From contig WAPH01000016.1 in the NCBI GenBank assembly GCA_015520895.1, forward strand, positions 1 through 32,889: a stretch of DNA of 32,889 bases. Direction: 5' to 3'. The notes under the pieces are model-generated. The model did not search any database, was not told the DNA's origin, and was given only the letters and a program-made list of their open reading frames with translations. Below are positions 7,537-16,086 of this stretch, in pieces. The DNA is from Nanobdellati archaeon (GTDB lineage Archaea > EX4484-52 > JAADEF01). Both the position numbers and the translations under genes were made by a program. Position 1 is the stretch's first letter. Every line of letters starts with the position of its first letter.

Positions 7537-8868
7537 TTATATTATTATGTATTTTCCGAATAACGAAAATAAAAACAAGAACAAAACGAATATGTTAAAT
7601 ATCTTAAAAACAGTTTCGTTCTTAAAAAACTCTTTATACATTAAACCTCCATCAAAAGGATAAAGAGGAAGAAGATTGGCAATACCTATACCTATGTTAA
7701 GCAGAAATATCCATTTAAATAAATCTATGATATAAAGAAGCACAAGTAAGGGAATATAAATAAATAAATTATTTTTAATACTTGATTTGAGGTCATAATT
7801 AGCAATAATATTCCCTATGCCAATAAATCCTTTTGATTTATTTTCTGGATGTTCTGATAATTTCACTTTATACGTATCATTATTAATTGTTAAGATTATT
7901 GTTTCATTGGGCTTTTTATGTGATAAGCATTCTATAAAAAATGTTAGATTATTAATACTGTGATTATCAATAGCAGTGATTGTGCCGTTAGGAGGTAAGG
8001 TATTATAAGCGTAAGTGCTATTAAATACGTATCCGTAAGAGATTCCTTCAAATTCATAGATATTAAGAGTAGATAGCCCATAACTAAGTAGGAAAAACAA
8101 ACCACCAAAAAATAAGGCAGTTAAAAAATTTGAGAAGCTTCCGGCCGCATAAACTCTTAGCTTTTTCAATCTAGAAGCTTTTTTTAATGATCTTTCATCT
8201 GGTTCAGCAAACCCTACGGGTAAAAATGCGAAGACACCATAACCCAAAGATTTAACTTTTATTTTATTCGATAATGCTGCAATTGCATGTGCTAACTCGT
8301 GAACACTCACAATAATTAATAAACTTAATATCCATTTATCAAAAGGCACGGTAAATATAGGAAGGTTATATTTAGCAGGAACTGAGATTGGTAATACTAA
8401 TTGTAATGGTGAGGATGTTACGGCCATATTCTTGACCTTTGCTAATATTAATGCTAAGCTTCCCCCTAATAACAATCCCAAACCGTAACCACTGATACCT
8501 AATATAAAGCTAAGAACATAAACCATTATTATTAGCCCTTTAGGTATTTCTAATCCTTGAAATACACTTTTTAAACCTTCTTCTACCATTCCTGCTTTTA
8601 TAAATAAAACATAAGAAATTAACATATAAAGTAGGTATTGCTTTTTATTTTTCACCTCTTTTAGCGCTAATATGCCTATGCTTAGAACAATGGCAAAATC
8701 TAAAATTGGTTGTAAATATTTTTCATATTTTTTGGAAAGATTCGTAAGTGTTTTAATACCTTTATCTGTTCTCCTTAAAAATGCTATTCCTTCTCTTTTA
8801 AACTTTTTTCTTTCTAATATTAATATTATGGCAATAAAAACTAAGAATATTATCCAATCATAACTCAT
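7537..8868 (-). CDS. Site-2 protease family (M50) membrane metalloprotease
   Basis: HExxH motif (VHELAHAIAA) in a TM segment. Second motif NLLPLYPFDGG. A central soluble insert carries several N-x-S/T sequons. Confidence 0.8.
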   Translation of the reverse strand: MSYDWIIFLVFIAIILILERKKFKREGIAFLRRTDKGIKTLTNLSKKYEKYLQPILDFAIVLSIGILALKEVKNKKQYLLYMLISYVLFIKAGMVEEGLKSVFQGLEIPKGLIIMVYVLSFILGISGYGLGLLLGGSLALILAKVKNMAVTSSPLQLVLPISVPAKYNLPIFTVPFDKWILSLLIIVSVHELAHAIAALSNKIKVKSLGYGVFAFLPVGFAEPDERSLKKASRLKKLRVYAAGSFSNFLTALFFGGLFFLLSYGLSTLNIYEFEGISYGYVFNSTYAYNTLPPNGTITAIDNHSINNLTFFIECLSHKKPNETIILTINNDTYKVKLSEHPENKSKGFIGIGNIIANYDLKSSIKNNLFIYIPLLVLLYIIDLFKWIFLLNIGIGIANLLPLYPFDGGLMYKEFFKNETVFKIFNIFVLFLFLFSLFGKYIII

Positions 8869-9956
8869 TGAGATTCCCTCTTAGCTATTTCGGTAATTAA
8901 TCTTATTCCGTAACCTGTTGCTCCAGCACCCCCTTTCCATGTGGGTTTTGTTGTGAATGCAGAAGGTGCTATATCTAAATGAGCCCATTTTGTGCCTGGT
9001 TTTATAAATTCTTTTATAAACATCCCTCCAATAATGGCACCTCCCCAAAGATAAGGAGGGGCATTGACTATATCTGCAAAATAACTTTTTAACTTATCTT
9101 TATAAATTTCATCCCATAAAGGCAAAGGCCAACACCTTTCTTCTATCTTTAATCCTATATCTTTAATTTTGTTTATAAAATTTTCATCATTTCCCATAAT
9201 GGCAGCAACTTCCTCCCCCAACGATATTATGGAGGCTTTAGTAAGAGTAGCAAAATCAATGAGATATTCTAGAGGATATCTATCTTGTAAATACCATAAA
9301 AGATCTCCAAGTATTAACCTTCCTTCAGCATCTGTGTTTGTTATTTCTACTTGTTTACCGCTAAGACTTCTGACTATATCGCCGGGTTTATAAGCATCTT
9401 CACTAACTAAATTTTCCACAAATATTCCTGCTCCTATAACATTTACTTTTATTTCTGATTTGGCCACAGCATAAACTCCATAAAGTGCAGCTATTGCTCC
9501 TGCCATATCGAATTTCATGTGATCTATCATTCCTTCTTTAAGTTTGTAGTTATATCCTCCCGCATCAAAAATAACCCCTTTACCTGCAAAGGCTTTATAT
9601 GGTTTTCCTTTTAATGGAGTATATTCGACAATTACGGCAACTGCTTTTCTTTTACTTCCTTTACTTACTATATTGACTAATCCCCAATTTTTAAGATCAT
9701 GTCCTTTTAATATCCTAATTTTTACATGTGGAATATGAGAAAAATCTTTAGATATGATAGATGCTATAGTTTCAGGCGTTTTTTGAGATGGAGACTCATT
9801 AAGCAAGTTTCGCGCTTTTATCACACTTTCTATTACAGCATTTAATCTCTTTAAAAAACCCGGTGATCTTTCTTGCTCATATATTAGTTTTATTTTTTTA
9901 ACATTTCTTTCTTTGTAATCATAGGTAGAGAGTATGCTAAGTTGAGATAACACCAT
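8865..9956 (-). CDS. pepA: Leucyl aminopeptidase (M17 family); the true 5' end is probably upstream (frame open to 10256)
   Basis: M17 catalytic motifs VIFDAGGYNYK, NTDAEGRLILGD and HLDIA. The coordinates use the first ATG. The frame stays open and coding-like for about 100 more codons upstream, with no ATG/GTG/TTG. Confidence 0.85.
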   Translation of the reverse strand: MVLSQLSILSTYDYKERNVKKIKLIYEQERSPGFLKRLNAVIESVIKARNLLNESPSQKTPETIASIISKDFSHIPHVKIRILKGHDLKNWGLVNIVSKGSKRKAVAVIVEYTPLKGKPYKAFAGKGVIFDAGGYNYKLKEGMIDHMKFDMAGAIAALYGVYAVAKSEIKVNVIGAGIFVENLVSEDAYKPGDIVRSLSGKQVEITNTDAEGRLILGDLLWYLQDRYPLEYLIDFATLTKASIISLGEEVAAIMGNDENFINKIKDIGLKIEERCWPLPLWDEIYKDKLKSYFADIVNAPPYLWGGAIIGGMFIKEFIKPGTKWAHLDIAPSAFTTKPTWKGGAGATGYGIRLITEIAKRESQ

Positions 9957-10219
9957 GACTTCATCATCATCCTTGAAAAGATTGTCTATTATTAGCTCTG
10001 GTTCCTCATAATTATTAGTCAGATATTGAGAGAACTCGGCATAGCTCCTTATAATATAGGCCTTTTCAATTTCTTTTATCCCTTTTATAACATAAAGTAC
10101 GTTTTCATTTTCTATCTCAATTACTTTACCTTTTTCGAAAAATTGTTTTTTTGAACGAATTAGATTTTCAGCTTTTTCTTTAACCTTCTGCTCCTTAATA
10201 TGTTTTAAATCGTTTATTA

Positions 10220-11050
10220 TTATTCCCCTAATAACTCTTTTTTGATTAATAAGGCATCACCTTCTAAATTAGGAGATTCGCTAATAGCAACACCTTTTAT
10301 TTTAAAATCCTTCCATGCTCTTACCATATCTTTATAATTAAAATCACTTTCTTTTAATATTAAATGGTTTTGCTCCCCTTTTTCTCCATAAGCTATTCCT
10401 GAAAAATGAATATGCATGTTTTTTAAGGCTTCTTTTCCTAATTGCTCCTCTATCTTTTTTAATATTTCTGTAAATTCCTCATAACTATTAAATTTACCTT
10501 TGCTTCTTGCATGTATATGAGCGAAATCTATACATGGAAGTACTTGTTCAATTTCTTGGCTTAAACGGATTAATTCGTCTAAATCACCAAATTGTGTAGG
10601 CTTTCCTGTGGTTTCGGGTCTTATCCACAGTTCTATTCCTTTGTCTTGTGCTTCTTTAACTATACGTTTTAAACTTTCCTTTACAATTTCATAGGTTTTG
10701 GATTTATCTGAGTTTAAATAATATGCTGCATGAAAAACAATAGAATAGGCTCCTGCTTCCCATGCCCTTTCTGCTGTTAATAATATTCTTTGAATGCTTG
10801 CTTCTTTTTTTGCTTTATCTGGTGAATTTAGGTTGATGTAATAAGGGGCATGAGCTGTAAGAACTACATCGTTACTTTGAGCAATTTTTTTGGCGAGTTT
10901 TGCATTTTCGCTACTTAAATTTACTCCTCTAACGAATTCTAATTCCATAGCATCTAATCCTATTTCTTTCACTTGTTTAATACCATTAAGTATAGATGGT
11001 TTTGGTGTGCTAAGTGGTATGCCTGCAGTTCCTATCCTTAACCTCTCCAT
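10220..11050 (-). CDS. nfo: Endonuclease IV-like / AP endonuclease family 2 TIM-barrel protein
   Basis: 276 aa. IGTAG...GLDAMELEF, LTAHAPYYINL, IVFHAAYY, WIRPETTG, IDFAHIHA and HIHFSG follow the Nfo/xylose-isomerase-like TIM barrel metal-ligand pattern. It ends in three tandem TAA codons. Confidence 0.75.
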   Translation of the reverse strand: MERLRIGTAGIPLSTPKPSILNGIKQVKEIGLDAMELEFVRGVNLSSENAKLAKKIAQSNDVVLTAHAPYYINLNSPDKAKKEASIQRILLTAERAWEAGAYSIVFHAAYYLNSDKSKTYEIVKESLKRIVKEAQDKGIELWIRPETTGKPTQFGDLDELIRLSQEIEQVLPCIDFAHIHARSKGKFNSYEEFTEILKKIEEQLGKEALKNMHIHFSGIAYGEKGEQNHLILKESDFNYKDMVRAWKDFKIKGVAISESPNLEGDALLIKKELLGE

Positions 11051-11086
11051 AAAAACAATATATTTGTGCTAAAACTATATATAATT
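11051..11086. promoter_or_regulatory. 36-nt bidirectional promoter with two opposed TATA-like boxes
   Basis: aatatattt (11057-11065) is centred about 26 nt upstream of the ATG at 11087 (+). tatatataa (11076-11084) is centred about 30 nt upstream of the nfo ATG at 11050 (-). This is consistent with two leaderless divergent transcripts. Confidence 0.45.
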
Positions 11087-11785
11087 ATGGAGTTTGAACG
11101 AGTTACAACTGGAATTCCTGGATTGGATAAGTTGTTATACGGAGGTATACCTAAAGGACATGTGGTATTGATTTCAGGGGTCGCAGGTGCTGGTAAAACT
11201 ACTTTTTTAAGTCAGTTTTGTTGGGAGGGGCTTCAAAAAGGGGAAAAAGCGTTATTTATTACTTTAGAAGAATCACCAGAAGAAATAAAAGGAGATATGC
11301 TTCAATACGGATGGGATTTTGATCAATATGAAAAGAAAGGTATGTTTCGTATAGAGTATTTTGATCCTTTTGAATTAAGCGATATGAGCCACAGGCTTAG
11401 AGACCTCATCGAAGTTAATAAATATGATAGGGTGGTTATAGATTCTTTATCTTTGTTAGGTATGTATATAAAAGATGAATATGAAATAAGAAAAAAACTG
11501 TTTAAAATAGTACAAGCTTTAAAAAAGAGCAAAGCCACCTCTCTTTTATCTGCTGAGATACCAGAGCATGAGCCTAAAAAACTTTCTCGTTATGGAGTGG
11601 AGGAGTTTGTTGTTGATGGCGTTATTGTTCTTTATTACCTTAATATGGCAGGAGAAAGCTTTGGTAACATAGAAGTTAGGAAGATGAGAAGAACTAAACA
11701 TGCTCATGGAGCTTTTCCAACAATTATAACAAAGAACGGCTATTATGTAAGTGTTGAAAATTTAGATGGTGATATATTGAGATAG
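11087..11785 (+). CDS. KaiC-domain / RecA-superfamily ATPase (single-domain, RadA/Rad55-like COG0467 type)
   Basis: TGIPGLDKLLYGGIPKGHVVLISGVAGAGKTTF (Walker A), EKALFITLEESPEEI, Walker B VVIDSLS, and C-terminal IEVRKMRRTKH. The ATG at 11087 is preferred over the GTG at 11066, which lies inside the promoter. Confidence 0.8.
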   Translation: MEFERVTTGIPGLDKLLYGGIPKGHVVLISGVAGAGKTTFLSQFCWEGLQKGEKALFITLEESPEEIKGDMLQYGWDFDQYEKKGMFRIEYFDPFELSDMSHRLRDLIEVNKYDRVVIDSLSLLGMYIKDEYEIRKKLFKIVQALKKSKATSLLSAEIPEHEPKKLSRYGVEEFVVDGVIVLYYLNMAGESFGNIEVRKMRRTKHAHGAFPTIITKNGYYVSVENLDGDILR

Positions 11786-11845
11786 AGAGACACCATAAAG
11801 CATATATTTGACCTTTAACAATTATATAGTTTAAGGTGAGTTAAA

Positions 11846-12346
11846 ATGGTAAAATCACCCGATGAAATATTAAAAGATTTGGAAATGCTAACTGAAGAAA
11901 TAAAGGAAAAAAGTCAAGAAAAGAAAGATAAAAACGTAGTTAAATCAAAGAAAGTAAAAAGAACCAAAATCAGATCAAAAGAACCAGAAGTAACAAAGAA
12001 ACTTCAAAAATCCCTGCAGTTGCTAGAAAAGGAAGTCTTCATTAAGATTGATGATCCTTTAACTATTGCTCGTGATCTTTTACATAGTAAGAAAATTGTA
12101 AAAGGTATAACTACAACATTAATGGCTTTAACCAAGGTTAATAAACTAAGGGAAGAGCTTGTTGAAAATTTAAACCGACATATAGAAGAACTAAAAGAAA
12201 TTGTGATTTCCTTAGAGGAAAACCTTAATCTAGACCATTACAAAGATAACATAAAAGGTTCAAATCTAGAAGCATTTAATGAATATATAGATACAATTGA
12301 GAACGATATTGAAGAAATAAGAAGGAACATTGGTTTAGCTAAGTAA
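11846..12346 (+). CDS. Hypothetical coiled-coil protein with Lys-rich N-terminal segment
   Basis: 166 aa. Basic tract KKDKNVVKSKKVKRTKIRSK followed by heptad-like helices. AAGGTGAG precedes the ATG. Confidence 0.5.
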   Translation: MVKSPDEILKDLEMLTEEIKEKSQEKKDKNVVKSKKVKRTKIRSKEPEVTKKLQKSLQLLEKEVFIKIDDPLTIARDLLHSKKIVKGITTTLMALTKVNKLREELVENLNRHIEELKEIVISLEENLNLDHYKDNIKGSNLEAFNEYIDTIENDIEEIRRNIGLAK

Positions 12347-12361
12347 CGGTTCGGTGAGAGC

Positions 12362-12646
12362 ATGGTTGAAAAAATTATTAAAAGATTTGATGTGATTTCT
12401 GTAGGAAAAATTTATGGGATGTTAGGCGTAATTATGGGAGCGATAGTGGGAATAATATTTTTATTATTAGCGTTTATAGGTTTTCCTTTAGGGGGAGCAA
12501 GTAGTAGCATACTATTAGGATTATTTTCTCTTATTCTTTATCCAATTTTCTTAGGTATTGGAGGATTTATTAATGGTGTGATAATAGCTTTTCTTTACAA
12601 TGTTGCGGCTAATTGGATAGGTGGTGTAAAAGTTGACCTTGAATAA
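12362..12646 (+). CDS. Small Gly-rich integral membrane protein (about 3 TM)
   Basis: 94 aa. Hydrophobic, Gly-rich segments (GMLGVIMGAIVGIIFLLLAFIGF; LLGLFSLILYPIFLGIGGFINGVIIAFLYNVAANWIGG). Confidence 0.5.
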   Translation: MVEKIIKRFDVISVGKIYGMLGVIMGAIVGIIFLLLAFIGFPLGGASSSILLGLFSLILYPIFLGIGGFINGVIIAFLYNVAANWIGGVKVDLE

Positions 12647-13445
12647 GGTTTCTTTTTATCTTATTTTTAATATTTCTTTTATCTGTCATTAAAATAAATA
12701 TGCTTTTATTCTTTATCATTTGATGTAATTTTATTGCTTCGTCCGCTTTTTTTTCATTATCTATTACAGCATAACTAATTTGATGTGAGAATGCTAATAT
12801 ATCGTAGGGGAATGAATAAGTGTAAGTATATGGTTTTTCTTTAGGCTTTATATTCAAATTACCCTTTATTATGATTGGTCTCGTGTTGAAAGGCAAAGGG
12901 GCGGTTATATCTTCATTAAATGTTTTCTTGATTCTTTCTATTATTTCTGTGCTTGCAGAGTTTTTTCTTTCTAAAAGATAAGCAGTTTTTTTAGAAATTC
13001 CTAATTTGTTAGCAAACTGCTGGAGACTTAATCCTTCCTTCCTTCTCAACTCTTTTATTTTATAATTATCGATATAAGTAGTATTTTTACCTTTTTTAAC
13101 AACTGTAACTTTTTCATTACTTACCATTTTTTTGAAGGTACGAGGATTCGTTATATATATGCTTTTATTGATATAAACTTTACCGTCATTTATTCTAAGG
13201 GATTTATATTTTGGAGCAATTATGAAAGGTAAAGCATGAAGGAAGCAGGCAACATTACGAAGGTCTATAGCACTATAATTAGTTAAAGAACTAGCATCAC
13301 TTAATACTTTAATAATATATCTATTTGCTTCTTCTATAATAAAATCTATGCTTCTTTTAACAAATTTTGCATAATTTATTTTATTTTCTATCAACCATTT
13401 TTCTAAATCTTCTTTAATTTTTTCTTTTGCTATGCTTTCTTGCAT
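12609..13445 (-). CDS. Conserved archaeal putative HTH-type (cro/C1, XRE) transcriptional regulator with flanking uncharacterised domains
   Basis: Central HTH LRRKEGLSLQQFANKLGISKKTAYLLERKNSASTEIIERI at about residues 130-185 of 278. This layout matches the archaeal 'putative HTH-type transcriptional regulatory protein' (COG1395-like) family, recalled from memory. Confidence 0.6.
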   Translation of the reverse strand: MQESIAKEKIKEDLEKWLIENKINYAKFVKRSIDFIIEEANRYIIKVLSDASSLTNYSAIDLRNVACFLHALPFIIAPKYKSLRINDGKVYINKSIYITNPRTFKKMVSNEKVTVVKKGKNTTYIDNYKIKELRRKEGLSLQQFANKLGISKKTAYLLERKNSASTEIIERIKKTFNEDITAPLPFNTRPIIIKGNLNIKPKEKPYTYTYSFPYDILAFSHQISYAVIDNEKKADEAIKLHQMIKNKSIFILMTDKRNIKNKIKRNLIQGQLLHHLSN

Positions 13446-13507
13446 AGTTTTATAACTTTTATCATTATTTAAAAAATTATTTATGCCTGCCTTGCCATTA
13501 TAATAAT

Positions 13508-13909
13508 ATGGCCTCTCAACAAAACCCTGTAATTAATTTACAAAAGGCAATTAATGATTTGAGCAAAATTGTGAAAGAACTCAGCGAACGTATTAGATTA
13601 GTAGAGGAAAAAATAGAAGGCATAGAAGCAACTATTTCTGAAATACAGGAAAAGGATAGAAGTGTTTTTCAAGAATTAAACTCTTTTAAGAAGAATACAT
13701 CTTTAGTTCTGGATGATCTTACAAAAAGAACAACAACTCTTGAAATGAATTTATTGAATTTAGAGAAAGATTTAAAGAATTACGCGAAAAAAGTAGAATT
13801 AAAAGAAATAAAATACTATATAGACCTTATAAAACCTGTAACAACGAGATTTGTTACAAAACAGGAAGTTGAGGTTATGATGAAAAAATTAAAAGCAAAC
13901 AAATCTTAA
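13508..13909 (+). CDS. Hypothetical coiled-coil protein (133 aa)
   Basis: Heptad-rich sequence throughout. The C-terminal motif FVTKQEVEVMMKKLK is shared with the next gene. Confidence 0.5.
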   Translation: MASQQNPVINLQKAINDLSKIVKELSERIRLVEEKIEGIEATISEIQEKDRSVFQELNSFKKNTSLVLDDLTKRTTTLEMNLLNLEKDLKNYAKKVELKEIKYYIDLIKPVTTRFVTKQEVEVMMKKLKANKS

Positions 13910-13922
13910 GAGGAGAGAAAAG

Positions 13923-14762
13923 ATGGTTAAGTTTAAGTTATTTGGTGGATTTAAGAAAAAAACTCCGGTTCCTTTAAGTAGGTATGTAGAAGTTGCACGG
14001 AAGATGATGGAATCTGGTAAAACTCAGGCAGAGGTAGCAAGTTTTCTGAAATCTAAAGGATTAAATTACCATCAAATAGATATTGTTATGAGGCATGCTA
14101 TAAAGTCTGCTACGTTAGAAAAAGATACTACTGCTAATGTTTCAGAAACCCAACATTCTCCTGCACCTCCTCAACCTCAACCTTCTTTACCTTCGCAACC
14201 CACTAATAAAGCAGCACCTTCTCAAGAGCCTTTACCCTCTCAACCTTTAAATCCTAACCAGAATTTGCATCCTACTTTTACACCACAACCCTCACTTCCT
14301 CCATTGCCACCTCAACATCCTTCATCTCCCTCTTCTTCTGTGGATGATGATGAACTCTTGATGGAGTTAGAGGAAATAATAGATTTAGTTTTAAAGAACA
14401 AATATGGCGATGTGTTAATTGTAAAAAAAGATGTAGAAGAATTAAAAAAGAAATTAAAGGAGTATGTAGGATCTTTTGAAAAAAAGATAAACGATATTAA
14501 AAAAAGACTAAATGAATTAGAAAATAAAGAACAAACCAATTATGCTGAAATAACCAAAAAAGTAGAAGATTTAATACCTCGTATTAATGCTTTAGAAAGC
14601 GCTTTTAAGGATAACGTTCCTACTATGCTAGATGAATTAAGGAAGATAGAAGAGACTTTAGATCTAAGAAAAGAAGAAAAGACGTTAACGGATAAAGAGC
14701 AAAAAGATAAAAATGAGAAAAAATTCGATATAGATTTAGGAGATCTTATAGAAGGGGAATAA
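13923..14762 (+). CDS. Hypothetical protein: basic N-terminal peptide plus small helical domain, about 70-aa Pro/Gln/Ser-rich linker, coiled coil, acidic C-terminal tail
   Basis: 279 aa. MVKFKLFGGFKKK; linker PAPPQPQPSLPSQP...PQPSLPPLPPQHPSSPSSS; coiled coil; tail FDIDLGDLIEGE. GAGGAG precedes the ATG. Confidence 0.55.
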   Translation: MVKFKLFGGFKKKTPVPLSRYVEVARKMMESGKTQAEVASFLKSKGLNYHQIDIVMRHAIKSATLEKDTTANVSETQHSPAPPQPQPSLPSQPTNKAAPSQEPLPSQPLNPNQNLHPTFTPQPSLPPLPPQHPSSPSSSVDDDELLMELEEIIDLVLKNKYGDVLIVKKDVEELKKKLKEYVGSFEKKINDIKKRLNELENKEQTNYAEITKKVEDLIPRINALESAFKDNVPTMLDELRKIEETLDLRKEEKTLTDKEQKDKNEKKFDIDLGDLIEGE

Positions 14763-14763
14763 T

Positions 14764-16086
14764 ATGAAAGCATATACTTTAGGAGGTTATAACGAAGTAG
14801 GAAGAAATATGACTGCTATAGAAGTTGGAAGGGAAGTTGTTATTATGGATATGGGCTATCATATGGACAAGATTATAGGTATGAGTGATGAAGAAAGAGC
14901 AGCGCCCTTATCTGAATTAAGGAGGCAAGGGGCTGTACCTGATGACACTCCTATAAAAGGGAAAAAAGTAGTTGCTATTGTTATATCTCATGGACATTTA
15001 GATCACATAGGTGCTGTCCCAAAAATGGCAGATAATTACCCTAATGCTCCTATTATTGTAACTCCTTATTCTGCCGAAGTTCTTAAAAGAATGGCTAAAG
15101 AGGAAGGAAGAGGTCACATATCTAAAAGAATAAAAGTATTAAATTACGGAGATCGTTATCATATAAGTAATAATTTTGAAGTAGAATTAGTTTATGTTAC
15201 TCACAGCATACCTAATTCTTCTATGATTTTGCTTCGAACAAAAGAGGGAAACATAGCATATTTAAATGATTTTAAAATTGATTTTAGTCCTACTTTAGAA
15301 GATCCTTTCAATAAACAATACTTTAAAAAGTTAGGAAAAGAAGGTATTAAAATATTGTTTATGGAGAGTTTAAGAGCAGAAGAGTCTTCGAGAACGTCAT
15401 CTGAAAAGATAGCTAAAGAAATGTTAAAGGACGTTATAAATCGTGCATACCAAGAATCAAAGAAGGGGGTTGTGGTAGTATCTACTTTTTCTTCTCATAT
15501 AGCAAGGATCAAAGCTGTTTTGGAAATCAATAAAGGAAGAAGAAATGTTGTTATGTTAGGAAGAAGCTTAAAGTTGTATACTGGGGCTGCAGTAGATGTA
15601 GGCTTAATGGACCGAGGTGATATAAGAGTGCATACAAAAAGAAAAACCATTATGCAAGTACTTAAAGAAATTGAAAAAAATAAAGGAGAATGGATTATTA
15701 TTAGTACGGGTAATCAGGGAGAATATGATGCCGTTTTAACACGCATGGCTCGAGGTGAATATCCGTTTAAATGGGAAAAGGAAGATGAAGTAGTGATAAG
15801 TTCTAATCCTATACCTCATCCAGTTAATATAGCTCAGCGTTATGTCCTTGAAAGAAGGCTTAGAGAACAAAAAGTTAGGATAATAGACGGAGTTCATGCA
15901 TCTGGTCATGCAAGAAAAGAAGACCTTAGAGATATAATAAGATGGCTTAATCCTGAAATATTGATTCCAAGTCATGGTTATTTGGCTAAAACATCTGCTT
16001 TAGCAGAAGTGGCTATGCAAGAAGGTTATGAACTTAATAGGAATGTTTTATTAAGTAGTAATGGGAAGGCATGGGAGATAAAATGA
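14764..16086 (+). CDS. rnj: Archaeal RNase J (beta-CASP metallo-beta-lactamase ribonuclease)
   Basis: MBL motif ISHGHLDHIGAVP, the beta-CASP region, the C-terminal HASGHA motif, and a length (440 aa) typical of archaeal RNase J. Confidence 0.85.
   Translation: MKAYTLGGYNEVGRNMTAIEVGREVVIMDMGYHMDKIIGMSDEERAAPLSELRRQGAVPDDTPIKGKKVVAIVISHGHLDHIGAVPKMADNYPNAPIIVTPYSAEVLKRMAKEEGRGHISKRIKVLNYGDRYHISNNFEVELVYVTHSIPNSSMILLRTKEGNIAYLNDFKIDFSPTLEDPFNKQYFKKLGKEGIKILFMESLRAEESSRTSSEKIAKEMLKDVINRAYQESKKGVVVVSTFSSHIARIKAVLEINKGRRNVVMLGRSLKLYTGAAVDVGLMDRGDIRVHTKRKTIMQVLKEIEKNKGEWIIISTGNQGEYDAVLTRMARGEYPFKWEKEDEVVISSNPIPHPVNIAQRYVLERRLREQKVRIIDGVHASGHARKEDLRDIIRWLNPEILIPSHGYLAKTSALAEVAMQEGYELNRNVLLSSNGKAWEIK

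Noticed and set aside
11087-11785. KaiC-like ATPase as the archaellum protein FlaH/ArlH.
   Set aside because: No FlaI/ArlI, FlaJ/ArlJ, archaellin or prepilin peptidase genes are nearby. Single-domain KaiC/RecA-like ATPases are common in archaea outside archaellum loci.
13923-14762. ESCRT-III/Snf7 or CdvA assignment, based on the basic N-terminal peptide and the coiled coil.
   Set aside because: The architecture (small helical domain, long Pro-rich linker, then coiled coil) does not match the ESCRT-III helical-hairpin core or the CdvA PRC-barrel layout. No Vps4/CdvC or CdvB gene is adjacent.
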